From Octopus vulgaris (taxonomy: Eukaryota): DNA of 64,000 nucleotides. Location of the stretch: assembly GCA_951406725.2 (NCBI GenBank), contig OX597817.1:17546001-17610000 (forward strand), in the 5' to 3' direction. Below are positions 13,837-26,760 of this stretch, in pieces; positions within the stretch are counted from its first letter, which is position 1, and each line of letters opens with the position of its first letter. Made by a program: the position numbers and the translations under genes. Below the pieces are notes generated by a model. It saw only the letters and a list, made by a program, of their open reading frames with translations, had not been told where the DNA came from and ran no database searches.

Positions 13837-14090
13837 CTCTGATTCTTCTTTGCTGGCCATGATATAAGTTCGTTCCCTGCGGTTTGATTTAACATAGTCA
13901 AATTTCAGTTCAACTACATATTCACTACCTCTCATCAAAACAGACATAAATAGCAAACACTTCATGTCCAGACGATCTAGCAGTTGGCCATACATATCTT
14001 TCTCAATAAGAAAACGTTCATTTGCTGACACAAAGATTTCACTGTTTTCATTAGAACTCAGTTTCACAATCCATGGTTCTGCCTCCATAC
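13837..14090 (-). CDS. STK11IP: STK11IP-like exon 12 (GMEAEPWIVKL...LDRLDMKCL...LKFDYVKSNRRERTYIM...EESE)
   Basis: 254 nt, phase 1 to 0. Human equivalent is LERLELQSL...LRFSYICPDRQLRRYLV. Confidence 0.9.
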
Positions 14091-14249
14091 CTGCAAATTG
14101 ATAATTGTAAAAGTTAGAAGTTTTATATTTTCATTATATCATCATCATCAATTAACATTCATACATATTTTCATTTACATACATTCATATATATACATAG
14201 ACATAAATGTATTTTTTTTTAATTTATGTACAGTGAATATGTTATCTGA

Positions 14250-14560
14250 GTGATATTTGGCATCACAATGGCAGTACAGGAAACGCCAAAGAGGTTACAA
14301 GTGATTGTGGTTGACAAGGTTATGGATGACATTGATGTAGTAGTGGGGATGGATGTTAATGGTCAGCAGGGTGATGTCACAGTTGCAAAGAAAGAAGTTG
14401 ATTTGATGGGAGGAGTCACTGTGCCATGTGCCATGAGCATGCAGTGGGTGAAGATGGCTATGAGATTAATGGATTGAACTCTGAAGACAGGAATGCCACA
14501 GGGACTGAGTTAGATGATGAATGATAGACAATAAAATGGTTCAAGAAGGGAGGGCCCCCA
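14250..14560 (+). mobile_element. Possible LTR-retrotransposon protease relic
   Basis: DIDVVVGMDV resembles the C-terminal D-x-I-L-G-M-D motif of retropepsins. Heavily decayed. Confidence 0.35.
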
Positions 14561-14665
14561 AAACACTTAAATTTCTTGTCTTTGTTTAATCAGATTAAAA
14601 AATTTTAAAAGCATTGGAAACAAATGACAAAACAAAAACAAAAGAATAAAGTGCTTAAAACTTAC

Positions 14666-15073
14666 CAAAATGGCTTTCGTTTTTGAAATCTACAACATCG
14701 TCTTTGAACTCATCACTATCAGGATACTCTTTAACATTGTCATTCTCTTCACTTGGAGGAGTGATGATAGAAACTTCATCTGACTGTTCTGTATCAGAGT
14801 CCACAAACAATTTTTCCTCGGAAGACATATGACCAAGATAAGGTCCTTCGTCAATAAAAGTATCAGAACTGTATTCAAGTTTTGGCAATGGTTTAGGCAG
14901 TTCTTTCTGTTGGGGAGAGACTTTGCGAGATGCAGGGGCTGAGTGTGTCATAATACATTCTCTATCTTGCCGTATGTTTTCATAGTATAGCAGCCACTCA
15001 TCCCCATGAAATTCACGCAGCTGTTTTATATCAGGAATACTGACAGAGGAGATGGAACCATGTGGAGAATTGA
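14666..15073 (-). CDS. STK11IP: STK11IP-like exon 11 (VNSPHGS...IKQLREFHGDEWLLY...acidic tract...NESHF)
   Basis: 408 nt, phase 1-1. LREFHGDEWLLY matches human FRERFGRNWLQY, followed by an acidic low-complexity tract as in human. Confidence 0.9.
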
Positions 15074-15339
15074 CTGGAAAATTAAATTCAATATAGTTAA
15101 AAGATTATCAAAAAAGCAAACAAAAAACTACACAGATAATACAGCAACAAATATAAAGTGATAGGTTGCAGACAACTTAAGCACCTGATTTTATTCAGAC
15201 TACTTGACACACCTGTACATTTAGACATTTTCTATAAGTATTTCAAAACTGTAAGCGATCCCTAAGTATTTTACTAAATGCAGCACTTTTAAACGCAGGT
15301 ATTAAAACTTGCTTTGATATAGGTATATACACGCCTTTA

Positions 15340-15340
<1 letters not shown>

Positions 15341-15384
<44 letters not shown>

Positions 15385-15810
15385 CTACTAAAACTCTGAG
15401 ATTGCTTGCTTGCTTGTGTGCATGCCTGTCTGTAATTTAATACAGCCAAACCGGCGCATAACAGGAAAATACTCTGAAAGTAAGGTATCCTTGAAATGTG
15501 AATACAAACAGAATAAAACAAATTTTATGTAAATTGGACCATAGGTTCCTAAGACTCGTGGTTTTTTGGGGTACTATGAAAACTCCGTGATCGCTTGCTT
15601 GCGTGCATGCTAGTCTGTAATTTAATACAGCCAAACCAGCACATAATGGGAAAATACTCTGAAAGTAAGGAACCCCTGAAACATGAATACAAACGGAATA
15701 AAACAAATTTCATGTAAATCGGACCACGGATTCCAGAAATACATGGTTATTTGGGGTACCTTCATAAATAGGCAAAACGGCACAAAATGGCAAAATACAC
15801 TGAAAGAAAC
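15341..15810 (+). repeat. Tandem repeat of about 185 bp (2.3 units) behind a TC-(TA)n start; probable Helitron 5' part
   Basis: TGTAATTTAATACAGCC recurs at 15431 and 15616. Confidence 0.65.
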
Positions 15811-16166
15811 ATAACTCTGAAATGGGAATATATAATACTGTGGAAATTATTTCCATTAATTTTATGTTTACGTTATATAAGAATTCCTTTTGCATTTTTG
15901 TAGAAGTGTGCACATAAGCCATAAATATATGTTGTTACTGGAGTTGAGGTTTATCCTGGCAGTTCTATTTCTATTAGATGCTGTAAATAATCAATAAACC
16001 CTTAAACATGAACTTGTAAACCAGACCTATGATGACACGAATGAATTGAAATATTCAACTGAATCATCATAAAATTAACTTTCATTTCAATGCAATGTTG
16101 AAATCAGCTTCAATGTTTTTTATAACCTGAATTGTTAGTGACCCAACGGGTTATGGGTAGTCTAGT

Positions 16167-16198
<32 letters not shown>

Positions 16199-16542
16199 AT
16201 GTGTATGAAGGTGCATGGAGGTGCATAGCATCATGATCACAAGATCCTGGTTTTGATTCCCAGACTGGCAGTGTGTTGTGTTCTTGTACAAAACACTTTA
16301 TTTCACATTGGTCTAGTCCACTCAACTGTAAATTGGTACCCTACAATGGACTGACGTTCCACATTTCCTTGTTCTTCCCATCCCCCCACCTCCACCATGT
16401 TTAACTGTATCTTTCCACATCCCCATCATCTACTTACTTGCCCATTCATTTCCCTCACTTCTCTCACTCAGTTACTTTCATTCTTCTTCAGATCATGATT
16501 TAGTCATTCATCTAGTTTCTCTTCATATCACTAGCTCTATTC

Positions 16543-16948
16543 TCATCATCATCATCATCATCATCATTTAGCGTCCGCTTTCCATGCTGGCATGGGTTGG
16601 ACGGTGCAACTGGGGTCTGGGAAGCCAGAAGGCTGCACCAGGCTCCAGTCTGATCTGGTAATGTTTCTATGGCTGGATGCCCTTCCTAACGCCAACCACT
16701 CCATGAGTGTAGTGGGTGCTTTTTACGTGCCACCAGCACGGGGGCCAGGCGAGGCTGGCAATGGCCACGATCGGATGGTGCTTTTTATGTTCCACTGGCA
16801 CGGAGGCCAGGCGAGGCTGGCAAACAGCCACGATCGAATAGTGCTTTTTATGTTCCACTGGCACGGAGGCCAGGCGAGGCTGGCAATGGCCACGATCGGA
16901 TGGTGATTTTTACGTGCCACCGGCACGGAAGCCAGTCGGGGCGGTGCT
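16543..16948 (-). mobile_element. RTE 3' UTR fragment, family D, with about 4 tandem 62-bp units
   Basis: Repeated GGCACGGAGGCCAGGCGAGGCTGGCA units. Confidence 0.85.
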
Positions 16949-17539
16949 GTTTTCTTCTCTCTCATTAGTACTCAATTCATAATAATAATAATAATAATAA
17001 TAATGAAATTATTGTATACAGTGCTCGGGTGCACCGCAACCACTAAGCTATTCTTATTTTCATTCTTTATCTGCAAGGTTCCATTCATAACCCATGTCTT
17101 GCATCCATAAGTCATGGCACTTCTTACACATACAGCATACCATCTTGCCCTTCACATTCAGTAGCACTTCTCTCCTAGTTAACATTCTACTTGCTTCCTG
17201 GAACTGTTCCTATTTACACCTCACACAAGCTACTACCACCAAACAAAAGCCACTTCTGTTCAATATTTTTCCTTGGTAACAAAATGTTTCCATACCATCC
17301 ATCTTCATATTTCAAAGATCCATCTCAAACTCCCCTCCCTCTAAAGCTCAGACACGCTTTATACTTATATGTAGCAACCACATTAGTTAAATCTTTCTCT
17401 CACTACTATACTTTTGATGACCCATTCAATGCGTATTGTAGATTCAACAGAATTCACTCCAACACCATTCCTGCACACTACACAGGGGTACCTCACCACT
17501 TTCTTTACCACATACTATCATCTTTGTAATTCACCTTCG

Positions 17540-17858
17540 TATCAAAGTCAGGAAACAGCACAGCTCCAATGATTTTTGGAAACATTTTTTCACACTCAAA
17601 GTTGCTGGAGCATGGAACAAACTACCTGCATCAATTGTCAGTTGCCGAGACATTGCATCCTTTAAAACCTTCATGCTTCCTGAAATTCACCAACACTACA
17701 ACTGATATTCCCCTACTCCATACACATGCACACATGTACATCATGGCTTATACACAGTCACATTCCTGACTTTTGTACATAATTCTATGTACTGTACATG
17801 CACCTTTGATGAGCTGTAGTGCACCTGGGCACTATACACAATAATTTCATTATTATTT
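17540..17858 (+). mobile_element. CR1/L2-type LINE 3' end
   Basis: Translates as KHFFTLKVAGAWNKLPASIVSCRDIASFK, the CR1 C-terminal motif, with an (ATT)n tail. Tail-only copies at about 16980-17040 (-) and about 41540. Confidence 0.75.
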
Positions 17859-17934
17859 TTTATCTCATACATTCCTTCCATACATTCCTTCTGCTTATTC
17901 CTATTTTCCTTTAATCCATTCATACTCTTTGAAA

Positions 17935-18215
17935 TTAATACCAGATCATTTGCATACAGCAGCTTCCCCAGTAAATTCTCCTTTACTCTATCACAACTAC
18001 AAATAAAGACACCTTTAATATCAATCTTCCCTTTAAACTAATCACTGTTGCTGTCTTTCATCCTTACAGCAGTGTTCTCTTTCACACATCATCATCACTA
18101 CTCTAACCAAGTATCCCTCCACCCTTAACTCTCTCAATGACAACTTGTCACTACTTCATATGTAATCCTATTGAAAGCTTTCTCCAGATCAGTAAATCCA
18201 AGAAAAACATGAACA
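17935..18215 (-). mobile_element. Decayed RTE reverse transcriptase fragment
   Basis: GFTDLEKAFNRI and KLLYANDL remnants. Confidence 0.65.
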
Positions 18216-18477
18216 TATACATTCTAAGATACAGTTGATTGCATTGATTATCATTCTTCATTTATTGATCTCAGAACAATGAAAAGCAAAGTAGACTTGT
18301 ACGGGATTTGAATTCAAAGCATAAAAAGACAGTCAAATACAATGAAATGTTATATCTGATAGTCAAATGAAGATGGACATTAAAATTAGAAGTAGCAGTA
18401 GCCATCATCACTTGTGTCTGTGTGTTTATAAAAAATTTGTATGGATATATATACACGTGTGTGTGTGTGTGTGTATA

Positions 18478-18667
18478 CGAGGGGGTGCTGAAAAGTTCCT
18501 GGCTTTAAGGGTATTGTGAGAGGCCTGGTTGGGGCCCCAACCTTCTGAGTTCTTTTACAGGGCTTAGAAAAACTGAAGGACTGCTGCAATCTGAGAGGAG
18601 AATATATTGAATAAAATCATAATCCTCCTGCATTTTCCTCTACTCAAAGTTTTTCAGCACCCCCTCG
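18478..18667. mobile_element. Mariner-derived MITE
   Basis: TA TSD and TIRs CGAGGGGGTGCTGAAAA / TTTTCAGCACCCCCTCG. Confidence 0.9.
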
Positions 18668-19560
18668 TATATATATATTTATATATATAAATATACTTAG
18701 TGAAGTGGACCAGGGATTGGTTGAAGAGAGTAGGAATGTGGAGGAGTTCAAAGATTTCAAAAGAAGAGCGGAAACTAGAGGCACAGGGGAACCCTTTCCC
18801 TTCCCATTACCTCTAGTTCCTAGGCTCCTTTCAAAATCTTGTGAGCTCACCCATCTAGCCACCCTCTCCAATCCTATATACACCACCCTGTAACTCGGGT
18901 GTACGGCCCCTGACCCCTCCCCAGAACATCTTCACTGTCTGTCTCTCCCCTCTTTCTCTCTCTCCATCTGAGGTAGCCACGTCTCACTTCAAATGTGAGA
19001 ACCTTTTCTGTCCCTCAATACTATTCCCCCACCCCAATTGAGGAGTTTTGCACAAGCTACTTGGTGACCTCACTGCTAGTGGCGCCATGTAAAAAGCACC
19101 CAGTACAATTTATAAAGTGATTGGTGTTAGGAAGGGCGTTAAGCTATAGAAACCATGCCAAAACAGACAGCAGAATGGATATCAAACAATGACGAAGATA
19201 TATATATATATCTTCTGCTGAGATGATTTGAAAACGCAACACCTAATAACCTAACGGTGTATTTTTTCTACCCTTCTAATGAAATTTTGTCTAATACAAT
19301 GATTTAATTATTCTAATTTAATCTTTAGGCTAAACTGAAACATCTTTAAGAGAATGTGTTGGATTTTTGCAGTTAATAAATTATATTAATGCTACATCTC
19401 TCCATTTTCTAAATTTTCTTTTGAATATTTATAAACCTAGATATATATTTAGACCTACTATTTTATGAATATTACTATTCACAAAAAATACTAGGCAATG
19501 AACCAGTAATTCATTGGATATTATTATCCCTTAGTGAGGCTATTTCAACCTCTAATTAAC

Positions 19561-19591
<31 letters not shown>

Positions 19592-19624
19592 ATGTATGTA
19601 TATATATATATGTATATATATATA

Positions 19625-20245
19625 GCAGATCCTTTGATGATATCTACTGTTTAAATGCAATAATTAAATATGAGGACACAGGAACTTTGCTGGTTGATAT
19701 TAAACATGTAAGTATTAGCTACAGACTAGATCTGAATATAGGTAATATATTATTTAACTACAGTAAGTTTTTTAAGGACGTTAACCAAGAAAGTTTCAGT
19801 AGCATTTACTTAGGAACATGTGACTGCAATAAGTCTGAATTTTGTTTTAGTGAAGTTGGGCATGTGTATACTGGAAATTGGATATTATTCAAAATGAGGA
19901 TCTGAAAAGAATTATGATACAAAGAATGAATTATAAAAAAACTTTGACGGTTTAGTGAGCATAGGTTAGAGGAGGTTATTTTAAAATTAATTAGCAATTT
20001 TATAGTTAAGTCTTAAGTATAGGGTTGGACTAGAGGAATTTCAAAACTGGTGGAATAGAATAACTAGGATACTGAGATATATTAGAAGGATGTACAGCTC
20101 AATAGAAAACTAATCAGTTTTAAGTAAACCTGAGGTTAACGAATACATTAGAGATTTACTCGATAAGTATCTTATTGTATCAGTGGATAAAGTGTCTGGG
20201 AATTTTGTTTTTATTTGTAAAACATATTATGTAAAAGTATTAGAC
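19625..20245 (+). mobile_element. Penelope-like retroelement ORF relic
   Basis: Translates as ISYRLDLNIGNILFNYSK...CDCNKS...GHVYTGN...DIIQNEDLK...LDKYLIVSVDKVSGNFVFICKTYY, typical of the PLE region N-terminal to the RT. Frameshifts and stops present. Confidence 0.7.
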
Positions 20246-20884
20246 ATATATATTTTGTAGTATTGAATTTGTTTCATAGATATTGATCTAAGCTTGTTCT
20301 TTTCTTTGCACATAGCCCAAGGACATTGTTTACAAGGTGTACTGTTCCATTACTCATTATTAGGCTTGTTTTTGGTGTGATAATGTGTTTGTGATGTGAT
20401 GTTAATTGAGAAGTAAAGTATCTACTTGGCTATGTTCTATTATCTGAATGTCCATTTTGGAATTAGTTCTTTGTTGTAAGTACCATTTTACAGTTATAAG
20501 TTATTACTATTTCTTTACCGTTATGTTGTTACTTGAAGTAATAAACTTCTGGATTCCTAATTCCCAAGCAGTGTTTATGATTTTAATGTTGTGGACAACA
20601 CCATATGGAATAGTGTCCAGGTGTTGAAACCACAGTGATTTCGGCAGCTGATGATAGGAATGCATATATCTTATGCTCAATTGTGGATTTCTTATACTTT
20701 GGTCTCATCATTCTAACTTGCCCATTTTAGTAAAGTGGAAAGTGTTTGTGGATTCATAGTTTGTTGGAATAGCTTACTTGGGTATCATTTGGTTTTCCTT
20801 GTAGGAAACCTAATGAAGCTTGGACAATGCTGAGATATTGGTATTTCATTTTCGGAGGTTCTGTGCTGGATATATATATATTTT

Positions 20885-21074
20885 CCATATATATATATAT
20901 ATATATATATCCATATATATATATATATCCATATATATATATATATCCATATATATATATATATCCATATATATATATATATCCATATATATATATATAT
21001 CCATATATATATATATATCCATATATATATATATATCCATATATATATATATATCCATATATATATATATATCC

Positions 21075-21098
<24 letters not shown>
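20885..21098. repeat. 18-bp minisatellite CC(AT)8, about 10 copies
   Basis: Seen directly; source of the YGYIYI pseudo-ORFs. Confidence 0.95.
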
Positions 21099-21106
<8 letters not shown>

Positions 21107-21421
21107 ACACACACATATATATATGCATCCATATATATATATATATATCAAGCCAAGAAGGGAGACTCCTTGTGGTTACCCACAGATCGTAATCAGCTTC
21201 ATATTGCGAAAGATGAGTTTCAAAATTTGCTTCTCTGAAATGGCTGTTTCATGTTTTTGGCAAGAGATCATTTCTCATTCTTGTTGACATACTGCCTCGT
21301 ATCAAAGGGCTTAACAACGATTACCATATCTAGTAGTTGGTGAAACAGGATTTGGACTTGTAGGGTTTGGACTTAGCTGAGAGAGAGAGAGAAAGAGACA
21401 CAGACATACAATAAATTATAC

Positions 21422-21647
21422 CTCTTGATCCCATGCTGTATGTTGATAAATTATCACCATTAGCACAATTACGTTTTCGTTTAGGTCTCTTTACTGGGAT
21501 TTTTCGGCACTTAATACGTTCAACAAGGTTTTCATCATTTTTCTCTTCTAGCTCCATCTTATTAGGTTCAATTTCAGTCAAGGGAGTTTCCAGGTGAGGT
21601 CGGAAGTAAAATGAAGCTGTTTTGGTAATTTTGTTCCTTTTTACTGT
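21422..21647 (-). CDS. STK11IP: STK11IP-like exon 10, basic linker (TVKRNKITKTAS...KRPKRKR...YSMGSR); the donor is ambiguous
   Basis: TTTCAG acceptor and an open frame. The AG/GTATAA donor in phase 1 fits exon 11. An alternative donor is described in findings. Confidence 0.75.
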
Positions 21648-21893
21648 CTGAAATAATTATAATTATTACAATTATTATTTTTTTGTTTTCAGAAAATACA
21701 ATAAATTAGAGTATAATATACATAAATAAATATCAATAACAAAATCACAAAGAGTTTCAAATTTATCATCAAACACACAGCAATCTCACTACCATTACCA
21801 TCAACAAACATGTTGACTTCATCTCCACTATCCCCTGATTAGCAAAATATTTAAAAACTCCTTAAGAAACAACACTCTTCAACTATATCTCTA

Positions 21894-22114
21894 CCCTTTC
21901 GTTACTGAATTTATTTTGAGATGCTCAGTGTTTCTTCCAATTATGTTAAATATAACAAAGAATTAAGTAAAATAACATCGTTATCATTAAGCTAGAGTTA
22001 GGGACATAAATTGTGACTAAGGTTTGGTGGAAGGTTTTAATTCAGAACTTTTGAAAACCAGACATTTGTACTAAAGAGCCAGAGCCGGTTTCAGCCGGGT
22101 TGGTAACGAAAGGG
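21894..22114 (+). mobile_element. piggyBac-type MITE (221 bp)
   Basis: CCCTTTCGTTAC / GTAACGAAAGGG TIRs with TTAA on the right. Confidence 0.85.
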
Positions 22115-22641
22115 TTAAGTTACTATTTAGAATAAAATAGTCTGTCTTAGTTCATCCTTTTTCTATTGGAGCATTGGGTGAAGCAGCTACAACAACACAA
22201 AAATCCATAATTTACTAAACAGGATATTGCACAGACCAATCCACTTTTCCATACTTGTTAACCTATAGTTATACAAACTTATCACTCCTTATAAAACATA
22301 CTATAGATTGGCTGTTTCTGGGAATTTTAATATTTTTGAAAAAACAACTCACTCAAAAGTAGTTGTTAAATGAAATATTATTACCTTCTTTTGAAATATA
22401 AGAGCTCTCATTTTTAGTTGAGAGAATATTGCTTGTTGATTTGCTTATACCATTCCAGAGGGAATTAGCAGCATAAGTAAATTAATTTAATATCAGAATT
22501 GAAATGGCACGGTACTTACTCATTTAAAGTTTATAATCATTAAAATAAGCAATTTTTTAGAATTACTGTCACTACCACTGCAATGACTGTCATCAATTTT
22601 TTTAAAGTTTGTATATGGGTTGAATAAGTTTATAAAAACTA

Positions 22642-22909
22642 CGGAGATGTACTTGCATAGCAAGTGACCTGATCTGAGATCATGTGCTGGAACAAAAACA
22701 ATTGCAGCATGGAAGGTGTTTATAAGCCATTTAAGAAACACACAAAATCCGTTAGAATCACTTCAAAATTTAAATTTAATTTTGTCAGTGAACAGGTCAC
22801 AGTCTCAAAGCAACGAAAATATTTTGACAAATTAAATTTAAATGTTGAAGTGAATCTAACGGATTTTGTGTTTCTTAAATGGCTTATAAACACCTTCCAT
22901 GCTGCAATT
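22642..22909. mobile_element. Foldback element with arms of about 90 bp, flanked by 14-bp direct repeats
   Basis: Arms at 22696-22787 and 22825-22913. GTTTATAAAAACTA at 22628 and 22910. Confidence 0.75.
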
Positions 22910-23071
22910 GTTTATAAAAACTAAAAAGTTGGAAAGTGATTCAACAAGTTTGTGAATATATGTGCAGTTGATACTCATTATTATTGTTGCTATGTGTGTC
23001 TATGTATGTATAACACAACACTTGCACACAAAACCACTTGTATAAGTCATTAAAAATTTATTTGCAATTAC

Positions 23072-23113
23072 CTTCAGTTCTGTTACATTCAGATTTTTAC
23101 CATCTAAAACAAT
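23072..23113 (-). CDS. STK11IP: STK11IP-like exon 9 (IVLDGKNLNVTELK)
   Basis: 42 nt, TTTACAG/GTAAT. Human equivalent is FLLDGKVLSLTDFQ. Confidence 0.85.
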
Positions 23114-23901
23114 CTGTAAAGCAATTGAGAAGTGAATTTAATTAACTCAATAAAGGAAGTAGATCTAAAATTTCATTGAAAGGAAAAAAAAATTTGAGAT
23201 TCAATACATCAAATATATTCAATATTTCAAGATTTTCAAATAATCAACAGAAATGGTTCATTTGGTAAAATACAAAAAAATTTAATCACTTCATCCCTTA
23301 AAAAATAAAGTATTTACATTTTTTACAACCTAATTATTGTATCAGAGGTATATTGATTACAGTATCAGTTCTGTATGATCTCCTTTAGTTAGGGAAAATG
23401 GATAATGAAGGGTGTGGAAGAAAATAAGCTGAAAAATAAGGTGAACCACTATACATACAAAATATTCATTTGTCAAAAAGAACTTGCAATGAGGTTTTAA
23501 ATTAGAAGTTATTTGTTGAGATTTTCCATGTAAACTGTAATAAAATACTACTAGTATACTCTGTATACTACCAACAAAAGTTTTATTCATTATATATATA
23601 TATATCATCATTTAACGTCCAATTTCCATGCTAGCATGGGTTAGACAATTTGACTGAGAACTGGCGAACCAGATGGCTGCACCAGGTTCCAATCCGATCT
23701 GGCAGAGTTTCTACAGCTGGATGCCCTTCCTAATGCCAACTACTCCGAGAGCATAGTGGGTGTTTTTAAGTGCCACTGGCATGAGGGCCAGTCAGGGAGT
23801 ACTCGCAATGGCCACGCTCAAATGGTGTTTTTTACATGCCACCTGCACAGGAGCCAGTCCAGCGGCACTGGCAACGACCTTGCTCGAATGTTCTTTTTTA
23901 A

Positions 23902-23932
<31 letters not shown>

Positions 23933-24580
23933 GATGTGTGTGTATATAGTTGTTTTTTTCTTTTTTGTCATAAAACAATTTAACATTCAACAGAAGTTTC
24001 AGCTTGTTTGATGCCAAGTAAGCTAAAACTCCTAATCCAGTCATCCTTTTCATTGTAAAAATTAATATATATCACTCTCCTCTCACAGTCTTATAAAATT
24101 GCCCACCCTTTCCTGCCACCTTGATCCAAAGTCTACATTTTCCCTTCTTGTACTTTGAGAGCATGCTCCAGTGCATCATTATCTTCCTTCCAACCACTCT
24201 CATCCGCCCTCAAATGATGTGGAGTAACAATGTAACTCCTCTGTAACAAGACACCTGTGCTAGTCCAACTATGATACTCTAGCGTTCCACACCTGGCATA
24301 AGCAACTTCCTCATCTCTCAAATATATTCCCTCTCACGCAAGAGGGCTTTTTCTTTTCTTTTCTTTGATTTTCAAGTTACTTGGTGACCTCACTAATGCT
24401 GGTGCCATGAATAAGCACCCAGTACACACTGTATAGTGGTTGGCATTAAGAAGTGCATCCAGCTCTAGAAACTGTGCCAAAGTCAACATTGGAGCCTGAT
24501 GCAGCCCTGTACTCATTGGATTCTGTCATACCATCCAACCCAAGCCAACATGAAAAACAGATGATGATGATGTGAGAGAG

Positions 24581-24618
<38 letters not shown>

Positions 24619-24715
24619 AGAGAGAGAAGAAGAGAGAGAGAGAAGAAGAGAGAGAGAGAGAAGAAGAGAGAGAAAGCGAGTGTGTTAAAACTTTAATAAA
24701 GACGTCAGTTCTTAC

Positions 24716-24805
24716 CCCATCTCCATTGACTAAAGGTGATATGTGGCCAACCGACTTTGATCTGTGATCTGACCTATATGTCATAGGGTTATCAAACAAT
24801 GACAA
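24716..24805 (-). CDS. STK11IP: STK11IP-like exon 8, LRR cap (LSLFDNPMTYRSDHRSKSVGHISPLVNGDG)
   Basis: 90 nt, phase 0-0, TTTCAG/GTAAG. Human equivalent is LYLEGNPLWFHPEHR...YLSP. Confidence 0.9.
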
Positions 24806-25081
24806 CTGAAAAGAAAACAAAATAAACAGCGCAATCAGACAAACAAACAAAAACCAGAGCAAAACCTTGAATTAGTTTTATGAATTATTTTAATCAATAT
24901 ATAATTTTTTTAAACTTTTGTTTTATGGACATAGGAAAACTATGAATTGATTTGATCTTAAAAAAATAAAAGCAACGTAAAATTGCTTTCATTTCCAAGT
25001 AGGAGAAAATTTTCCTTAACTCTAACATGGCACTTGATTTGCCCCACCTACCACAATCACCTAATTCTTGAGTACCTTTAA

Positions 25082-25302
25082 CCCTTTTGTTACCAACCCG
25101 GCTGAAACCGTCTCTGGCTCTGTTGTACAAATGTCTTGTTTTCTTAAGGTTTCAATTAAAATCTTCCACCAAACCTTAGTCACAATTTATGTTCCTAACA
25201 CCAGCTGAATGATAACCAAGTTATTTTACTAAATTCTTTGTTATATTTAAAGTAATTGAAAGAAACACAGAGCATCTCTAAATAAATACAGTAACGAAAG
25301 GG
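25082..25302 (-). mobile_element. piggyBac-type MITE
   Basis: TTAA TSD on both sides, CCCTTT TIRs, same family as 21894. Confidence 0.9.
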
Positions 25303-26760
25303 TTAAAGAAGTTCATTCTATAGCAAGCATTCAATCTAGATCCCTAGTCAGCTTCCCAGGTCACACTATTTCCTGAAGCTACTTAGACAAGGCATCCCTT
25401 AACTAAATCATTTCTCCCATTTAAGAGAAGATCACCACAAAGGCCATGACACAACCAATAAGCACTGCTCCTCCTTGTTTAACTTATAAAAATGTTAAGA
25501 GAAAAATTCTTGCCAAATGGTGACATTGAAAATTCCAATGGATGCTCAGCTTGAACTTGTGCAGGTTGGTACATAAAGGAAAATATGCAAGTAGGAAGGG
25601 AAGCGGAGAAGTTAGCAGATCAAAGAAAGGAAAATTGGTCAGGGAATGACATACTGTAGGGTTAACAGGGAGGGTAACAGGTGGGTACACCAAGTGGGCT
25701 GGGGTAGAGATAATGCACAATTTCTTAATACAAAAGAATCGTAATAATGCCAGAGTAAATGCTTTTGGTATTTACTTGTATTCCACTATGCTCTAAGTTC
25801 AAATCATGCCAGTCTCAACTCTGCCTTTCACCCCTAGGTGGTGCGGTCAATTCTATTCACTATCTCCTTCCCAAAAACTGATGGCTCAAAGTTGAAGCTA
25901 GAAATGATTATTATTATTATTTATTATTATTATTATTAAGGTGGTGAGCTAGCAGAATCATTAGCATGCTGGGTAAAATGCTTCACAAAATTCTGTCCCT
26001 CTTTACATTCTGAGTTCAAATTCTGCCAAGGTTGACTTTGCCTTTCGTCCTTTCGAGATCAATGAAATAAATACCAGTCGGGATCAATGAAATAAATATC
26101 ACTCCCCACAAATTTCAGGCCTTGTGCCTATAATAGAAAGAATTATTATTTTTTAGCAGTAAATATCAGAATTAGTAGAGAGGAGGACAAAATTCCTTGC
26201 AGTGTTTAGTTATGTCCCTTTATTTTAGAAGTTCAAAGCCTGCCAGGGTCTTCTGCAGTTCATCTTTTCAGGATTGATAAAATAAATACCAGACAATTTC
26301 TGGTAGACTAGACCCACCCTCAAAATTTATCTCCCTGCCTGCCCAACCCCATGCTCTGAGTTTAAATCCTATCAGAGCTGACAGTGCTTCTCATCCTATG
26401 GATTTAAGTATCAGTGTTATACTGGGGGATGGGGTTCAATTTAGTCAACTCTCTCCTTCCCAACAAATTTGTAGCCTTTTGTCAAAGTGAAAAAAAAATC
26501 ACTATTATTGTCATTGTAATAACAACGATGACAATAATAATCCTTTCTACTATAGGCACAAGGCTTGAAATTTGGGAGAAGGGTATAGTCAATTAATTTA
26601 TTGACCCTGAAAGGAAGAATAATAATAATAATAATAATAATGATGATGATGATGATGATGATTTCAAATTTTGGCACAAGGCCAGCAATTTTGGGGGAAG
26701 GTGTAAGTCAATTAGATCGACCCCACCCACCCCCACTGCTCAACTGATACTTATTTTATC

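Noticed and set aside
20250-20875. Possible decayed LINE coding sequence on the minus strand
   Set aside because: Many stops and no motif I could identify with confidence.
20754-21287. Long YI/YP-repeat ORFs
   Set aside because: Translations of the CC(AT)8 minisatellite.
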